Positions 1 to 13,050 of a DNA stretch of 64,000 nt are shown piece by piece. Both the position numbers and the translations under genes were made by a program. The DNA comes from Dicyema japonicum. Its lineage: Eukaryota; Animalia; Dicyemida. The notes under the pieces are model-generated. The model did not search any database, was not told the DNA's origin, and saw only the letters and a program-made list of their open reading frames with translations. Within the stretch, counting starts at the first letter, position 1. Each line of letters begins with the position of its first letter. The DNA lies in the NCBI GenBank assembly GCA_011109175.1, contig RDEW01000014.1, forward strand, positions 620,001 through 684,000, given 5' to 3'.

Positions 1-894
1 TTTTCCTAATGAAATGTCCCACTATCGTTTTATTCGGGAATAATTTGTACTTTCTTTAATTATATAGTAAATTTTTTGACTTTTTAATCACAAGCCATTA
101 TGAATAGGTCAGTTACCTAATTTGTAGGAAAGTTTACCTGGAACATTGCTCTATTTTTATCATGAATGAAATTTGTACAACCAGCATTGACCTACGTACG
201 TAGTGGTCAGTGGCCATTTTCCTCTCCTCTCTGCTGAAATTGTCTGCAATTCAGGAAGCTGCCAAAAGAGTAATTAGTCGCAACTTTGTGCCCACCCATC
301 TGGAAGCAGTTTTGATTCGACGACAAAAAGAAGATGGTGAAAACAGCTCTGCCTAACAACCTCTTTGTGAAGCTATGAACAAATTATTAAAAACCGTGCG
401 AGATATGAGATAACCATCGACAAAAACTTAAAGGCAAAAAACACAAATAGATGGACGAGACTATCGAAGGCTCTGTGCAAGATGTTTCAATGCAGAGTTC
501 GCAGAGTAATATCCAAAGCTTACAACTCAGAGGCTAAAGGACCAGAAAACATAACCACATGTGAACTGAAGCACCTATGCAATCGAGCCCTGGACTATTA
601 GCCTATATCTTCAAACTATCCATCAGCACGAATACAATCCATGAAATATGGAAGAAGTCTCTAATCACCTTATTCGAAAAACTAACCAATAAATGAACCA
701 TCTTCCTATCGCCCAATATTCCAAGTCCGGTCTCAGGGACCCTTGAAAAGCTTGTTCTGGAAAAAGTACAGGATTCAATCTCAATACCTTCGACCCAGCA
801 CGAATTCCGGGTAACCATTCGACCACCACAAAAACCCTCACACAATTCACTACGGAAGTCAATTCACTACCCATCTAAGGACAGTACCTATATC

Positions 895-1268
895 CGTGGA
901 CATCAGGCCTCTAACCCTGGACATCACTGATGCCCGGCGGAGACTGTTTGGACACATCCTGTGTATGGATCTTGCTGTCCTAGCATTTGTGACGATGGAG
1001 GATCACTTCATGTTCTATCATACTGCACAAAGACCTCCAAAAAGTGAGGAAATGCCTAAAGATGGAAGACGATCTGGACGAGCTGAGATCGATTGCGTGT
1101 AACTGTGGAGGATGGAAGGGGCGAACTAATAACATTGATCCTGTGCTGCACGTGCTTTGCTATAACTATTATGGCAAGGCGATGGTGAGGACAGCTACTC
1201 TGCCTAACAACCCCTCTATGAAGCTATGAACAAATTACTTAAAAACCATGCTAAATACGAGATAACCA
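895..1268 (+). mobile_element. RTE-clade LINE 3' fragment, degenerate; its 3' tail recurs at 333-417
   Basis: RRRLFGHILCMD and EDDLDELR match the RTE C-terminus seen in the 7670-8580 copy; 1180-1268 is near-identical to 333-417. Confidence 0.7.
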
Positions 1269-1499
1269 AACGTCTTTTCTGGAGAAACATCCAAGATCCT
1301 CGTCCACGTCGGATAGGAACTTCTCCTGTGTCGGTCTGGGGTCACTTAGTTGGGAACTTTTTTTTCCTTTAAACCCGGTGATCCTGGGGTAATAATAGAT
1401 GAAAGCCATTGTCATTTTTCTAGTGACCATGGACGAAATGATGAACCTAGGAGATATTGGGTTCGAATCTTGATCGACAAAGATTGAAAGAACTTGAAA

Positions 1500-2090
1500 G
1501 ATCATCTGTCAGAAGCTGCACGTGTATAATGATAGTTAGTATGTAGAGGCACTTACTTTAAGGAACTTGAATTGTCATGTTATCTCTCGGACGCTATCGA
1601 GATATGCTCTCGAAGCTATCCAGTCTAACGTGAATCCTTGTTGACACTTTGGATCATTGAACCGATCCGACGGACTAGACCTTCAGCTTGTGGGCCAAGG
1701 ATTCTTGACGTCTCAACAGCAAATGGGACAAACAAGTGATCCTCCGTACTTCTTTCACTTCTGATCTTCAGCTTAGAAGCATGACCTGGGTCCGAGACTG
1801 AAGCCAGCGAGGAGGTAGAAAGATATTGATTTATTATTCGGACAATCATTGAGTACATAAAAACTGTTCTTAAACAAGATGTTATGAAGATAGGTACTCT
1901 TAACAGAACGAGAATTACCCCATTTCTCATGATCGCTAGGCTAATGCTTAAAAACTTTGTCCTTCTAGGTTCACCCCTTTGTGTTCCTCATGCCAGTTGC
2001 TTTAATGAATTCCATAGTGCTAGGACCAAGTACCCCATACGTATCCACATAAATCATATAATTAACTAACATCTCATAAATGTAGGCCCA
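1500..2090 (-). mobile_element. Degenerate CRE-like (RLE) retrotransposon 3' fragment
   Basis: FVPFAVETSRILGPQAEGLVRRIG parallels FTPVATESSGAVGPMTAEFLRELG of the 32756-35759 element. Confidence 0.7.
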
Positions 2091-2729
2091 AGGTTGATTT
2101 GTCTCCCAATTTTCTTTAATTTTTGGACTGGTCTGGATTCGATTTGGAACATTGGTGTAGTCGACGTTAACTGTAGTTTCAAAACATCGTATATCCGATT
2201 TTTATTGGGTTCGTCATTTTATCCACACAAGGATCACGTATTTTAGTATCACATATTACTTTTCTATCAGAATCAGGCATAAATCGAGGATATCACCGAC
2301 TTCCTCAACTTTTTTTGATTAAAAGTCAAAATTAAAAAAATCAGGCTCCAACTGCCGGGAAACAGTAGACATTGTTGTAAAAATGAAGATTTTAAGGCTC
2401 TGCGAGAACCATCTCCACTCGTGGGGTCTCTAAGTCTCGCCACGATTGCAATTTCATTGATGGCTCTCTTTACCACTTGCTACAACTGCGTTAGAGGTTT
2501 CTAAAACGATTGAGACAAAATGAGATTAATTCATTAATCTGTCTTAAGTTAACCCCAAGATTTAAAGAGATCTCGTTATGGATGCTCACATATAACCAAT
2601 GAAAATTCTGAATTCTTCTATATATTGCCAATCCGATTATGTCAAAGGCTTCATTGATATCAGTATAGAGGACCGCAGTCCCCATATTAGGTGGAGTGGG
2701 TTTACTATTTTAGTTATCGATATTTTTGA

Positions 2730-4060
2730 ATTTTATTATTAAAAGCACTTTCACAGAACCAAAGAACGTTATACTAACTAAGGTCCCGTTTGTGGCACAC
2801 GTTTTAAAATCTGCTTCACTAGGCGTCTCCATCGCCCTCTGCTTTGCGCATCTGTCCTTAGATCTTCTAGGTCTTATGCAGATTTAAGTTTTCTTCCAAT
2901 TCTATTAAAATCCTTGTTCAGAGCCACGGGTAGAGTGACTCTGGGTCTTTCTCTGAACGATGGTTTGTTCTCATTGTTAAAGTAATTATTATATTTGCAG
3001 GGGCGTTTATGTCTATTGGTCTCGATTGTGCCACAGAGTATAATATTTTATTTGAAATTTTCTTGGGCCAACCTACGCCCATTAAATTGCGTAATTGTTT
3101 TCGATAAAATATATCCATTTTCTTGAGTTCTAGCTCTGTGACCCCACATGTATTCGAGTTTTACATAAGCACCGGCTTTATATATGCGTTGTATAGTCTT
3201 ATTCTTAGATTTGTTTTTATTAGTTTTCGTCGACTCCATATCTTCTGCATTTTCTTATACATGGCAGTGACTAGAACTCTTCTATACATCATCTCCTCAC
3301 TATCACCAAGTAAGGATCCCAATTTCCTTTTTTTCCTCCAATTTTCATCAATATATTTTAATTCCTTGTGATTCTTATGTGTTCAGTCTATTCCTGATTA
3401 ACTCGCAGAGACTAATTCTTAAATTCACCAGGGATTTTCTCAAAAGTAAGTCCAAGTTCCAGATCATTATCTGACACAAAATCTATGTCATCTGCATATA
3501 TAATCTCCATCGGCATGCATCTTTCACATTTTTTTCTAATAGCTCTCAATGCCACTTCCAGGAACCGGAGATAGAGAGTCCCCCTGAGGTATTCCAACTG
3601 TTATCCCGAAAGGCTTCGATGTTGTGTTCTTGACTCGTACAGTTAATTCAGTGTTTGATAGTAGGAAACCGACAATTCTTGTGTTATCCTCACCAAGAAA
3701 ACTCCCAGCAATGTCCAACAATGTTTTTCTGTTGACAGTGTCAAACGCACTAAACATGTCCACTCCCAAAATCTTAAAATCACTCCTGTATCGTTGACAC
3801 ATGGCACATATCCACCTGTGGGACCAAACAGCATCTGCGGTCGAGCGTTCTTTTCTGAACCCACTCTGTCTCGGCGACAAAAAATTCATAAACATCAGAA
3901 GATATCCGACTAAGGGTTATCAGAGATACTATCATCCTTCAATGATCCAGTAATATCACATATTTTTTTATCGGTACCTTGCTCTTTCCTGGTTTATGCG
4001 CAGAAAAATCAAAATTCCATCACCAAGTTTCAAGGGGGAATGCGTTTCAAATACCTTATA
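2730..4060 (-). mobile_element. Degenerate RTE-clade LINE (RT and 3' end)
   Basis: QSGFRKERSTAD, DMFSAFDTV, GIPQGDSLSP, IIYADDIDF, KLGSLLGD; tail gtgaaagtgct(taa)n near 2732-2755. Confidence 0.85.
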
Positions 4061-4368
4061 AGCACATGGTTACAAAAAACACAGGTAAAAATATATGATT
4101 TGATACAAAAACGCACACTAATAGTGCTGCGGGCTACACGCACGTTATTTGCTTTGTAATTAGTTCAGAGAACGTCTAACACTACTCCCATCCCATCTTG
4201 CACCCAAGCAACAAATTATGGTATACAGTCAGGTACATCAACATAGATTACTTTAAACCAAGTAAACAACAACTACCAGTACCCATTTACGTACAGCCAC
4301 TAAATGCACTGCACTTATTTGTACTTAAATTACTAACAAGCCAACACATAATCATTTTATCATCTCAG

Positions 4369-4610
4369 TAATGATCCTTCTGCATGTTCACCTACAGAAA
4401 AACCTTGTTACGACTTTTACTTCCTATAAATGAGTAGACTCGGGTGTCTATTCGCATCCATTAAAGGACAAGATCCAACAACCTCACCAAATCATTCATC
4501 GGTAGTAGCGACGGGGGGTGTATGCAAAGGGCAGGGGCGTAATTATTATTGACTAATGGCCTGCGATTACTAGGAATTCCTTGTGCACGAGAGAATAATT
4601 ACAAGCACAA
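4369..4610 (-). pseudogene. 18S rRNA 3'-terminal fragment, probably followed by ITS1-like sequence down to about 4140
   Basis: Reverse complement carries universal SSU motifs (gtcgtaacaagg...gtaggtgaac.tgcagaaggatcatta; cctgccctttg...cccgtcgctactaccg; ggaattcctagtaa) with substitutions at normally invariant sites. Confidence 0.85.
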
Positions 4611-5116
4611 AAATCCTCTGGTAGGACCGCATACTTTGCCCATTTGACCTCTCGGCCTTCTCAGCGAAAAACCAAAACCACAAAGCCAATATCGATTTAG
4701 TTGAGATCCGGCCTTGCACATGAGTAACATTCAATTTTTCATATGATATAAAAATTCTTAATTACAACAAAAGCTCAAACACACAGTTCCCCAAGAAATG
4801 GCAGCAGAGCGTGAATGGAAACAAGGCTAATGTTCCGATAAACAATTTAATGAATAAGACCATTATTAAATTTTAACTGTTTGACACGTATTGTCTCTCA
4901 CGAAAGCAACAGAGATCAACTGGAGTACCAGGGTTTCCTTCTCATCAAGCTTTCGGAGTTTGGCCAAACGTCTAGTCAATTGAGATGACTTACTGCTTGC
5001 CTTTTTTTTATCTTGACAGGTATCACAAAAACCGAACCAGGAATCCATCGTATTTTCTCTGAATAACAAACAAATCAAAAATTTTAAGAAACTCAAATAA
5101 TAGTAAATTATGCACA

Positions 5117-6091
5117 CTAAAATAAGCTGAATTCGATTTTGCCTTAAAAGTTCCTAATACTGGTCATAGCGTAATGAGCAGTTGATCATCAACATTAATA
5201 GTCGCAGCATCATTCCTAACTTTAAAATTGTCAAAGTAAACCTTCCAATGATTCTATCACTAAGCACCACCTGCAAATAAGTGACAAAATAGTACCTGTC
5301 CTATGTTTTCTAACGAACGAACAAAGACGAAGTGGTGACAATCAGGCTTAGGGCAATTAATCACTGCATTAAATATACAATTTAACTATTTTCACATTCT
5401 TTGAAATGTCGCATATGATAAGGCATGTGAGACAGTCCATTACGACTTATGTGAGATTTAGAAATTTCATTCAGTCTTAGGATAAAAATAAAATATTAAA
5501 CATTTAGCAAATAAAATCATATAATAATTTAAATAAAAAATTGTTCATAATTCAAAAAAATAAATTTAAAATTTGAAAAAATAGCGCCGTGGTGAGAAAA
5601 CTAAGCAAAAAATATGGGACATAGTTGCGTAAAATTAGATTGAAACCCCTTTAAGTAAGAATGCTCTGATGGAGATAACAAATGGACGTTCTCCGGGTTC
5701 AAATAGTAGTCCATAAAATTTTCAATCTTAAATGAAGCAGACTATAACTTTTTTAAGTCTGCATCGGAGATACGACGTGACAAGATATTTCAACCGTTCA
5801 TTCTTAAATTTTAATAAACCATACTTCAGTTTGATGGAGACTCACTCTCAAGTCACGTGTTTTTACAGAAAGGATGTTTTTTTCAATCTGTGATATTTGT
5901 TCTATTAAGGCTTCTACGAGGTTGTAATTGTGGGGAAGCAATTCTGGGGATAATTTTTCGTTCCTGAAAATCTTTTCTATTATTTTAATCCACTTTACAA
6001 TAAAGAGTCTTTTAATGAGCTCATCAATGGTTATTTCAACCTCATCGGGTATTTGACCGGAATCACCAACCTGGACACCATCGGCAGACAT
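5117..6091 (-). CDS. GINS4: DNA replication complex GINS subunit SLD5, multi-exon with apparent 1-nt indels near the 3' end
   Basis: RNEKLSPELLP, NERLKYLVTSYLRCRLKKIE, GLSHMP, CPKPDCHHFVFVR and a reconstructed C-terminus LLIRYDSI.ELLRQNRIQLI*; tiny GT-AG introns plus one ~170-nt intron. Confidence 0.85.
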
Positions 6092-6179
6092 CTAATCATT
6101 TTTAAATTAAATAAATTATTTTACTACATAAATTTTAATTCTTTAAATTTTAAACACAAGGACTATTCAACATACCCAC

Positions 6180-6560
6180 TTTGGGTTTGGCTAGTGCTTA
6201 GCATGTCATACTGTAGGAATTAGTCCTGGGTTCGATTCCCCCACTGGCTAGCTGATTGAATGTTTCTCTTCCCTCCCTCTGTTCCTTATCTTCTATAGTT
6301 CTAATAGAGTGCCTTCATGTGATCTACCTGTCTAAGATGACACCAAGTGCGGGATGGAATGAAAAGTGATAATTTGCTCTTCCCAACCATTGGAGGGGTT
6401 CACATAACTGGGAGAACTTGATGTGTTCTTATCTTTCCGTTGGTTCTGGATGAACTTGTGATAATGAAAGACTACTCTGCGACCGTGGGAACTGGATACA
6501 CTCAATTAGTCGTTAACTATTAATTTTTTTCTCGATTTATCATGGGTTACTAAATTAAAT
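6180..6560 (+). mobile_element. tRNA-derived SINE, family B
   Basis: B-box-like ggttcgattcc at about 6230; body and tail align with 13680-13976, 35975-36230 (-) and 59355-59740 (-). Confidence 0.7.
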
Positions 6561-6989
6561 CAACTGGGTTACTTTTTTGTCAGACAAATAATGGATAACC
6601 TTACGGAATACAATGAGATTTTTTAAAACGACAACATCAGTATCCACTTTGGCCAGAAGTCAGATCATATCTGGAATTCTGCCTTCTCCTATTGAGATTA
6701 ATCAATTCCAAGAGAATCGAGGCATTGTTTAATTAGACTATTATTCTTATGTTATTTGTATAGGTTCACGGAATTAATAAATAAATTCTTTGATAGGGTT
6801 CTCACAACTACAAAAAGCGTAGATGGGGTACTTAGGTAGATAAAGTCCCATGACGAGTACAATTTCTCGTTCCCTTTCTTGTGTGTCTGGACGAAATAAC
6901 AGATTCATAGCATTGTATAAACAGGACTGTCAAACTCATTTCGCTTTGAGGGTCGTATTTTGTGATAATACAATTTTTGATATGTCGGG

Positions 6990-7665
6990 CTCAGCTAGTC
7001 GTGTAGTTCGTTAGTTAACAGCACTCCCGCGTTGCCATAAGCACGTAAAATGCCTAGGGTTTTGCTCGTGCCGTACACTCGACTATCCTCCCAGTCAGCC
7101 CTCTTCATCTAGCTCTGTTCCTCGCGCGTTTACGAATATCCTCAAGATCGTCTCCAGTTTTGAGTTGACCGCCAATTCGTGCGTAATCGTTATTCAGGCA
7201 AAGGGGAAGCGTACATCTTAACCGACCCCGAAATCCAATTCCGTGATTTGAATAGTAATCTTCCATGATTTGATTGCAAGGAATCACTTGGTCCATTCTC
7301 AGAACATGTCCGAAAAGTCGCCAGCGTGAGGTCTCACCAGAACTGTTGTGGCTTTATCTACTACAGTTCTTAGTACCTCCACATCCTCAGGCACAAAATC
7401 GATGTCATCAGCATATATTAATTCCACAAAATGACTATTTAAGAGACCCAATTCTTTTCTAACGTCCTTCAACGCAGCTTCCAAATAGATTGCAAAGAGA
7501 ACTGGCGAAAGCGAGTCCTCTTGCAGAGTACCAATCTCGGTCGTGAATTTTTCCGAATAACCCTTCCCCACTTTCACCATGAAGCTCGTGTCAGCCAGCA
7601 AAAACGCACAATTCTCAAACATTCCTCATCAATTATGTCCTTGAGAACTTGCAATAGTTTATCTC
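6990..7665 (-). mobile_element. RTE-clade LINE RT/3' fragment with an internal deletion
   Basis: GTLQEDSLSPVLFAIYLEAAL, LIYADDIDF, GFRGRLRCTLP. Confidence 0.8.
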
Positions 7666-7669
7666 AGCA

Positions 7670-8580
7670 GACACTACTATTCACAATATACTTGGAGGCC
7701 GCTAAGAGGAAACTGAGACCATTATACCAAGGAAAAATAGAAGAAGTGGTTTATGCTAATGATGTCGACCTAATTTCTGAAGACAAAGAACTCCTGGAGC
7801 ATGTGCTAGAAAAAGCACAAGATATACTTTGGAAATGGTTTCTCACCGTGAACAGTGAAAAAACAGAACGGACAGAAATAAGACGAATGAATAACTCACT
7901 AGAAGAGAAATGGAGACACATAAAGAAACTTGGCTCTCTACTAGGAGATAGCGAAGACATCATACGGAGAAAAACATTGGCAAATGCGGAATTACAAAGG
8001 CTGAAAAATCTTTGGCTAAAACGGAAAGGGTATAACATAAAACAAAGGATTATGTTATACGACACCTTTATCAAACCAATCCTACTATACAACTCTGGGA
8101 CCTGGGCCACCTCAAAAGAGGAATTGGAGAGGCTAGAATCGTTTCACAAGAATCATCTAAGAAACATAACTGGAATGTCCTGGCCATCCAAGATCTTGCG
8201 GAAAGGACTGTACAATAAGTGTGACTGTACACCATTAAGCCACGAGATCATTAGCTCTCGTTGGAGACTTTTTGGACACGTCCTGAGGTTGGACCCGATA
8301 TCCCCCCCGAATATCGCAATGGAAGATTACTACTCCTCCAATGTAAAACGCTTTCGTGGAAGACCGAGAACAACCCTCCCGGTCGTTTTACAAAACGATC
8401 TGAAAGCCGTGAAGAAAACATTGGCATCTGGTGACGATCTGGACTCACTGAGAGACCTAGCAATGAACAGAAGAGCTTGTATTTTTTTTGCTGCTAATTA
8501 ACTAATTCTCTTATATTTTTTGCTGCACATGCGGGGCTATAAATATTATCGCTCTCGTGAAAAGTGCTAATAATAATAAT
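7670..8580 (+). mobile_element. 5'-truncated young RTE-clade LINE with (TAA)n tail
   Basis: Open frame with YANDVDL, KKLGSLLGD, LLYNSGTW, RWRLFGHVLRL, FRGRPRTTLP; near-identical 3' copy at 15879-16141. Confidence 0.9.
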
Positions 8581-8830
8581 AGCAATTCGGTCTGTTACCC
8601 TCCATACTTTGAGTAACCGATCTACATGTGAGATGTATATAGCAAAGCCCATCCCATAATGACGTGAGTCGGATGGTAGTAGTATTAACCGGTAATTGTC
8701 ATAGCATACATCTCGTTCCACTGTCACCTTCGTCTCTTGCAGACATGCCACACCGGTTTTGTATCTTTCTAGATCCGTACATAGAATGTTCTGTTTGATA
8801 TTTGAGGCAATTCCTCTGACATTAAAAAAT
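8581..8830 (-). mobile_element. RTE-clade APE endonuclease fragment
   Basis: ACLQETKV, RHYGMGFAI, VWRVTDRIAI. Confidence 0.75.
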
Positions 8831-9048
8831 GTAATGGAAAAAAGCGTAGAGCGGATTGATCTAGGAAAACGCTGATGTCAAAATTTACTTAATTAAAAGA
8901 TTGAATATTTAACATGAATCATTGGAGTTTCCTTACGAAGGTCTTGGTATAATCTCAGAGAGGTTAGCCCAACAGTACCACCATTATTAAATTCTTAATT
9001 AAAAGTGTTGACAAAAAAATCGAATATTTAAGAACAAAAATAAGTGAA

Positions 9049-12000
9049 TTATCGCCAAATTTTAATAGTTTTGTCAAAGGATGAGGTAATACAAAGTTTT
9101 TCGCCACTCCCACCAGTTACCATTTTAACATCAGTAATCAAACTCAAATGGCCAGGAAACCCCTTAATCAAACTCTTTCGATCTAAATCTTCGTTTTTCC
9201 CCAAATAACTATTCTTTTCAAAAACTTCAGAATATTCCGGGAATCTCCTCTCACTATACGATAAACCAAAACAATCAGATTCACTTCCACCCATTGCAAA
9301 TACTCGACTCTGGTAGACATTAGAAAGATTCCAATCTCTAATGCGCATATCCGAACCAACTGAGAGGAGTTTCGACTGTTGACCACACTCATAGCCGACC
9401 ATTCTGCTCACAAAATGAGCCTTCCAGTTTCGCCTTACAGGGTCAATGTCTCCAGTTGTGCTCAAATACGTTAAAACTCTGGAATGGGCCACATTCCAAA
9501 GCATTATAGAATTTTGACTGTCATATGACACTGCCAACTCGTTCTCTTCAACGTTACTTATCATAACCGAACGAACAATCCTTCTGCTGTGGTCAGGAGA
9601 CTTTAAAACCGTGAATGGAGATCGAAACCGTATATCCCAGCATACACAACTTCCTGAGTTCGTCCCAACAGCTAACCACGAGTTCGAATAGTCAACATCC
9701 AGACAATTACACCGACCATAATCCACAGAAATTGAATCCAAAAATATTGGTTTAGGCACTCTAAGATCCACCATGGTTAGAAATCCGTGATTACTCAAAG
9801 TAATGGCATAGGCACTGGCCCTGTTGACCCCACAGAGATGAAGTCCAGTCATTTTCCCCGAATCTTTGGAAATATTACTCGTAATGTTTATTCTCTTGTT
9901 GTTTTCCACGTCATATATATGCAAGGAACCCGACTTACTCATAGCAGCAAAATTCTGATCAAACGGAAGATGCTCTACAAACCACGGCTCTTTAGAAGAG
10001 GTTGAAAATACCATTTCCTGCATTGGCTCATAGGTCCCTTTCAGAATGTCAGAGATTCGCCACATAGAACACTTGGAGTTGTAGCTAGACGAAACCACAT
10101 GAATGCTCTCATAGTCTGTACTGATTCGGAAAATAGGGGCATCTTGGTGGAGAACTGTGGCTACATGAGTTCCGTGAAGGTCCCCACCTGTAAGGATAAT
10201 GGGAGAACGCTGAGAAAATTGCCTCAGTGTCTTCAACTTGGTTTCCTCTCTTTTATTGTTAAAAAATTGGTGCAAATAGACAGAGTAATTGTACAAGAAA
10301 TGCTTCTCAGTGTTTCGTTTTGTTTTGGCGAACTTTGGGGAGTAATTCAGACCTTTTAGTGCAAAAAGATCAACGGGATATGTTGAAGTCACCTTCTCCG
10401 AGTCTTCCGGATAATTAAATGTTGGAAATTGTATATATTTTTCATCAATTTGTACAAAATTTTCAATATTGGCGGAATTGTCTGTAAAATTATCTTTGTA
10501 TCCGTGAATTCCACATGACATCTTCAAGCTTTAAAACGCGGGAAATATCAGGCAAACTCATTTTCATACAGGCTCTTCGAATTTTGGATGGGAAATCCTC
10601 AACAAAGTCAAATTTGTCTCCATCAACCAACTTTCCATACTGAGATCTCAGCTTAATAGTAGAAAATATGGCTTCAGGGCTCTTTTCCAACTTTATCAGC
10701 CCATTAACCAGCTCTCTGCTCACTGGAAAGTAAAGATTTTTCAACAGGATCCCAATATCAGCCGAATGGGCATCAATTTTCAAAACGTCCGAGAAGTATG
10801 GAACGATACAATACTGAGTAAAGGCAGGCCCGAACTGTCTGGCAATCTTGGAGATCAAACAAACGACTGAACTGCGAATGGTGGTGTTTGGATGCAACAA
10901 AAATGAGCTTATACGTTTGATCAGAGTAAGAAGGATGCCAGTATCCAAATGGTCATTCTCAAATATCGAATTAAAGCACATGATTGTTGAATGGATCACA
11001 AATTCCTCACTGTCCTTCAAGCCGTAGTCAAATAAAGACAGAAACATGGAGGATGTATCGTAAAGTTGATTGAAGGTAAAAATATCCGGGAAAATTAGGA
11101 AGAATTCACTTCGAACCTCCCAACTATCCTTTTTATGAGCCACGTTTATTATGTGAGGCATTATTGTACTTCGAAATCTCTCCTCTCCAAAAAAACGGAA
11201 AATTTGAACCATAGAACACCGCAAGAGCTGAATTATAATGTCATTGGTCCCAATAATCCTCCTCTGGGCCAGTTCGGCCTCTTCAAGAGAAAATCCAGTA
11301 AAGAGCAGTTTTATAACCATTTCACTGAAATAATCGCACAGCAAGTCAAATTCTACTTCATATAGGTTCACTTCACGCTGCCCTTTAATCCGTGAAACAG
11401 CATTTAATTGGCGGTAAATTAGCTGAGATAAATCGCCAATTTTTGCCGCTAGAGATAGCAGAATCAACGACTGTTTGCTACTCAGACACAGATTGTAGTA
11501 AGTGGGCAGAATAAAGTCAATGAAAATCTCATGTGATAGGAACAGTTTGCTGGAAGTGTCGATAAATAATCCGTGACTATGTAAATTGCTTCTGAAACCA
11601 CATTTGGGTCAGAATCCTCAAAAAATATAAGCATATGGGGGATAGCCCTTTCAAAAAACACAGAAAAGTGGATGTGGGGCTCAAATAGCTTGAAAAGATT
11701 AAAGGCGGCATATTTTGCTTCATTGGAATTCAAATGGGAGAGAAATGAAGTGTATAAGGAAAGAAGGATTACATGGACATTTCCTTCCCAGTCCCCTCCT
11801 TTGTTAGAGGACTGTTCTGCCCCTCCAATATCTTCACATTGAGTTTCAACTTTAGATCCACCAATTTTGGTTTCAACACTTTCTGGCTCAGCTTTCACCG
11901 TGATATCAACATCAGATTCTGATTTTTCCGTGAACTCGGGATTTTTCGGTTCGACTTTTTCAGTTTTCGGGTTAGATTTTGCAATAAAGTCAAAGTTATC

Positions 12001-13050
12001 ATTGATCTCGTTCCATTTGAAATTCATCGCAGTTATAATATAGTCCGCAGTGAGGTTATTGGCTGACATAATTTCTTGCATTATTTTCATCAGATATGAG
12101 TAATATGACTCGGGGAAATAATGGGAAATGTAGTATTCAGCGATCTGTCGGTCGTTAGGGTTTTCGGAGATCATTGAGAGGACCATTTCACGAATATTTT
12201 CGTCAGGTATTTCCTGAATTTGGTTTTTCATTTTCGACTGGTCGTATTTCCCTGACATATTTCTTGAGGAGAAGTCACAGAGAGGTTTTCCGTCCAAACA
12301 GAGCTCGGCAATAATACAACCAAGCGAAAAAATGTCCATAGAATGCTCCCCCTCGTCTTCATGGTTTATAAAACGCTCAAAGATGTTGACATCGTCCGAT
12401 TTATAAAATCGCTCAGGTGCCGTATAGCATATCCTCCTGTTGGAAATGTCGAATAGAAAGATGTAGTCTGTGGAGTTGGTCTCCGACAGGTACACAGGCT
12501 TGTAGCTAGCAAAATCAGTGATAAATACAAAATTCCAGCTGGTAAACATGATATTCTCTGGTTTTAGATCTCCATGGTAAATCTAATAATTACATAATAG
12601 ACAATAACTCTGTTTCGCCTGCATAAATTCAAAGCACACAATAGCTGGAAAATAATCCACTTCTTTTCAATCCACAAAAGCGCTGGATTTGAGTACATTC
12701 TGTCCAGCAGACTGATGTACATGAAGGGCCGCATGAGAACGGCAATTTTTTCTTTTATTATAGCCTCAAGTCAAAATTTGGAGTACTTTGTATGGGAGAC
12801 AGTTCACAGAGGACAAGAGAGCCCGTTCGATGAAATTATTGTTTTCCTGGGCTTTTCTTATTGCTTCGGAAATTTCGGGATTAAATGAAATGAATTTTGC
12901 AACATAAAATTCTCCTTCGAATTTAATTTTTGCAGTATTGAAGAAAATTGTACTTCCCAAAGGCTTGACTAGTGTAAAGTTAAATATTTGGCAATATTCT
13001 TCAAGGGTTTCTGATCTTTGGGTTGTGCGTCGGCTAGAACTGTTTCCCAT
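9049..13050 (-). CDS. PIK3R4: PI3K regulatory subunit Vps15 (kinase-like, HEAT, WD40); two tiny introns and two apparent 1-nt frameshifts
   Basis: MGN N-terminus, IEKKWIIFQL, YHGDLKPENI, ITDFASYKPVYL, RRICYTAPERF, GLKDSEEFVI, FLLHPNTTIR, WD40s ending SFDKTIKIWR. Confidence 0.92.

Noticed and set aside
4369-4610. Functional rDNA unit
   Set aside because: Only about 240 nt of 18S with changes at invariant positions; no recognisable 5.8S or 28S
6190-6250. Functional tRNA gene (also 32221, 37768, 61839)
   Set aside because: No complete cloverleaf; each is followed by a repeated SINE body
7521-7670. N-terminal part of ORF 7521-8501 as a novel domain
   Set aside because: It is the antisense strand of the neighbouring RTE fragment
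10490-10500. Euplotes-style +1 frameshift at AGA TAA in VPS15
   Set aside because: Other shift sites share no motif or direction; an extra A in a run is simpler
11529-11551. 23-nt GC-AG intron to fix the VPS15 shift
   Set aside because: Colinearity with Vps15 homologues favours one missing base over loss of 7-8 residues; not excluded without cDNA
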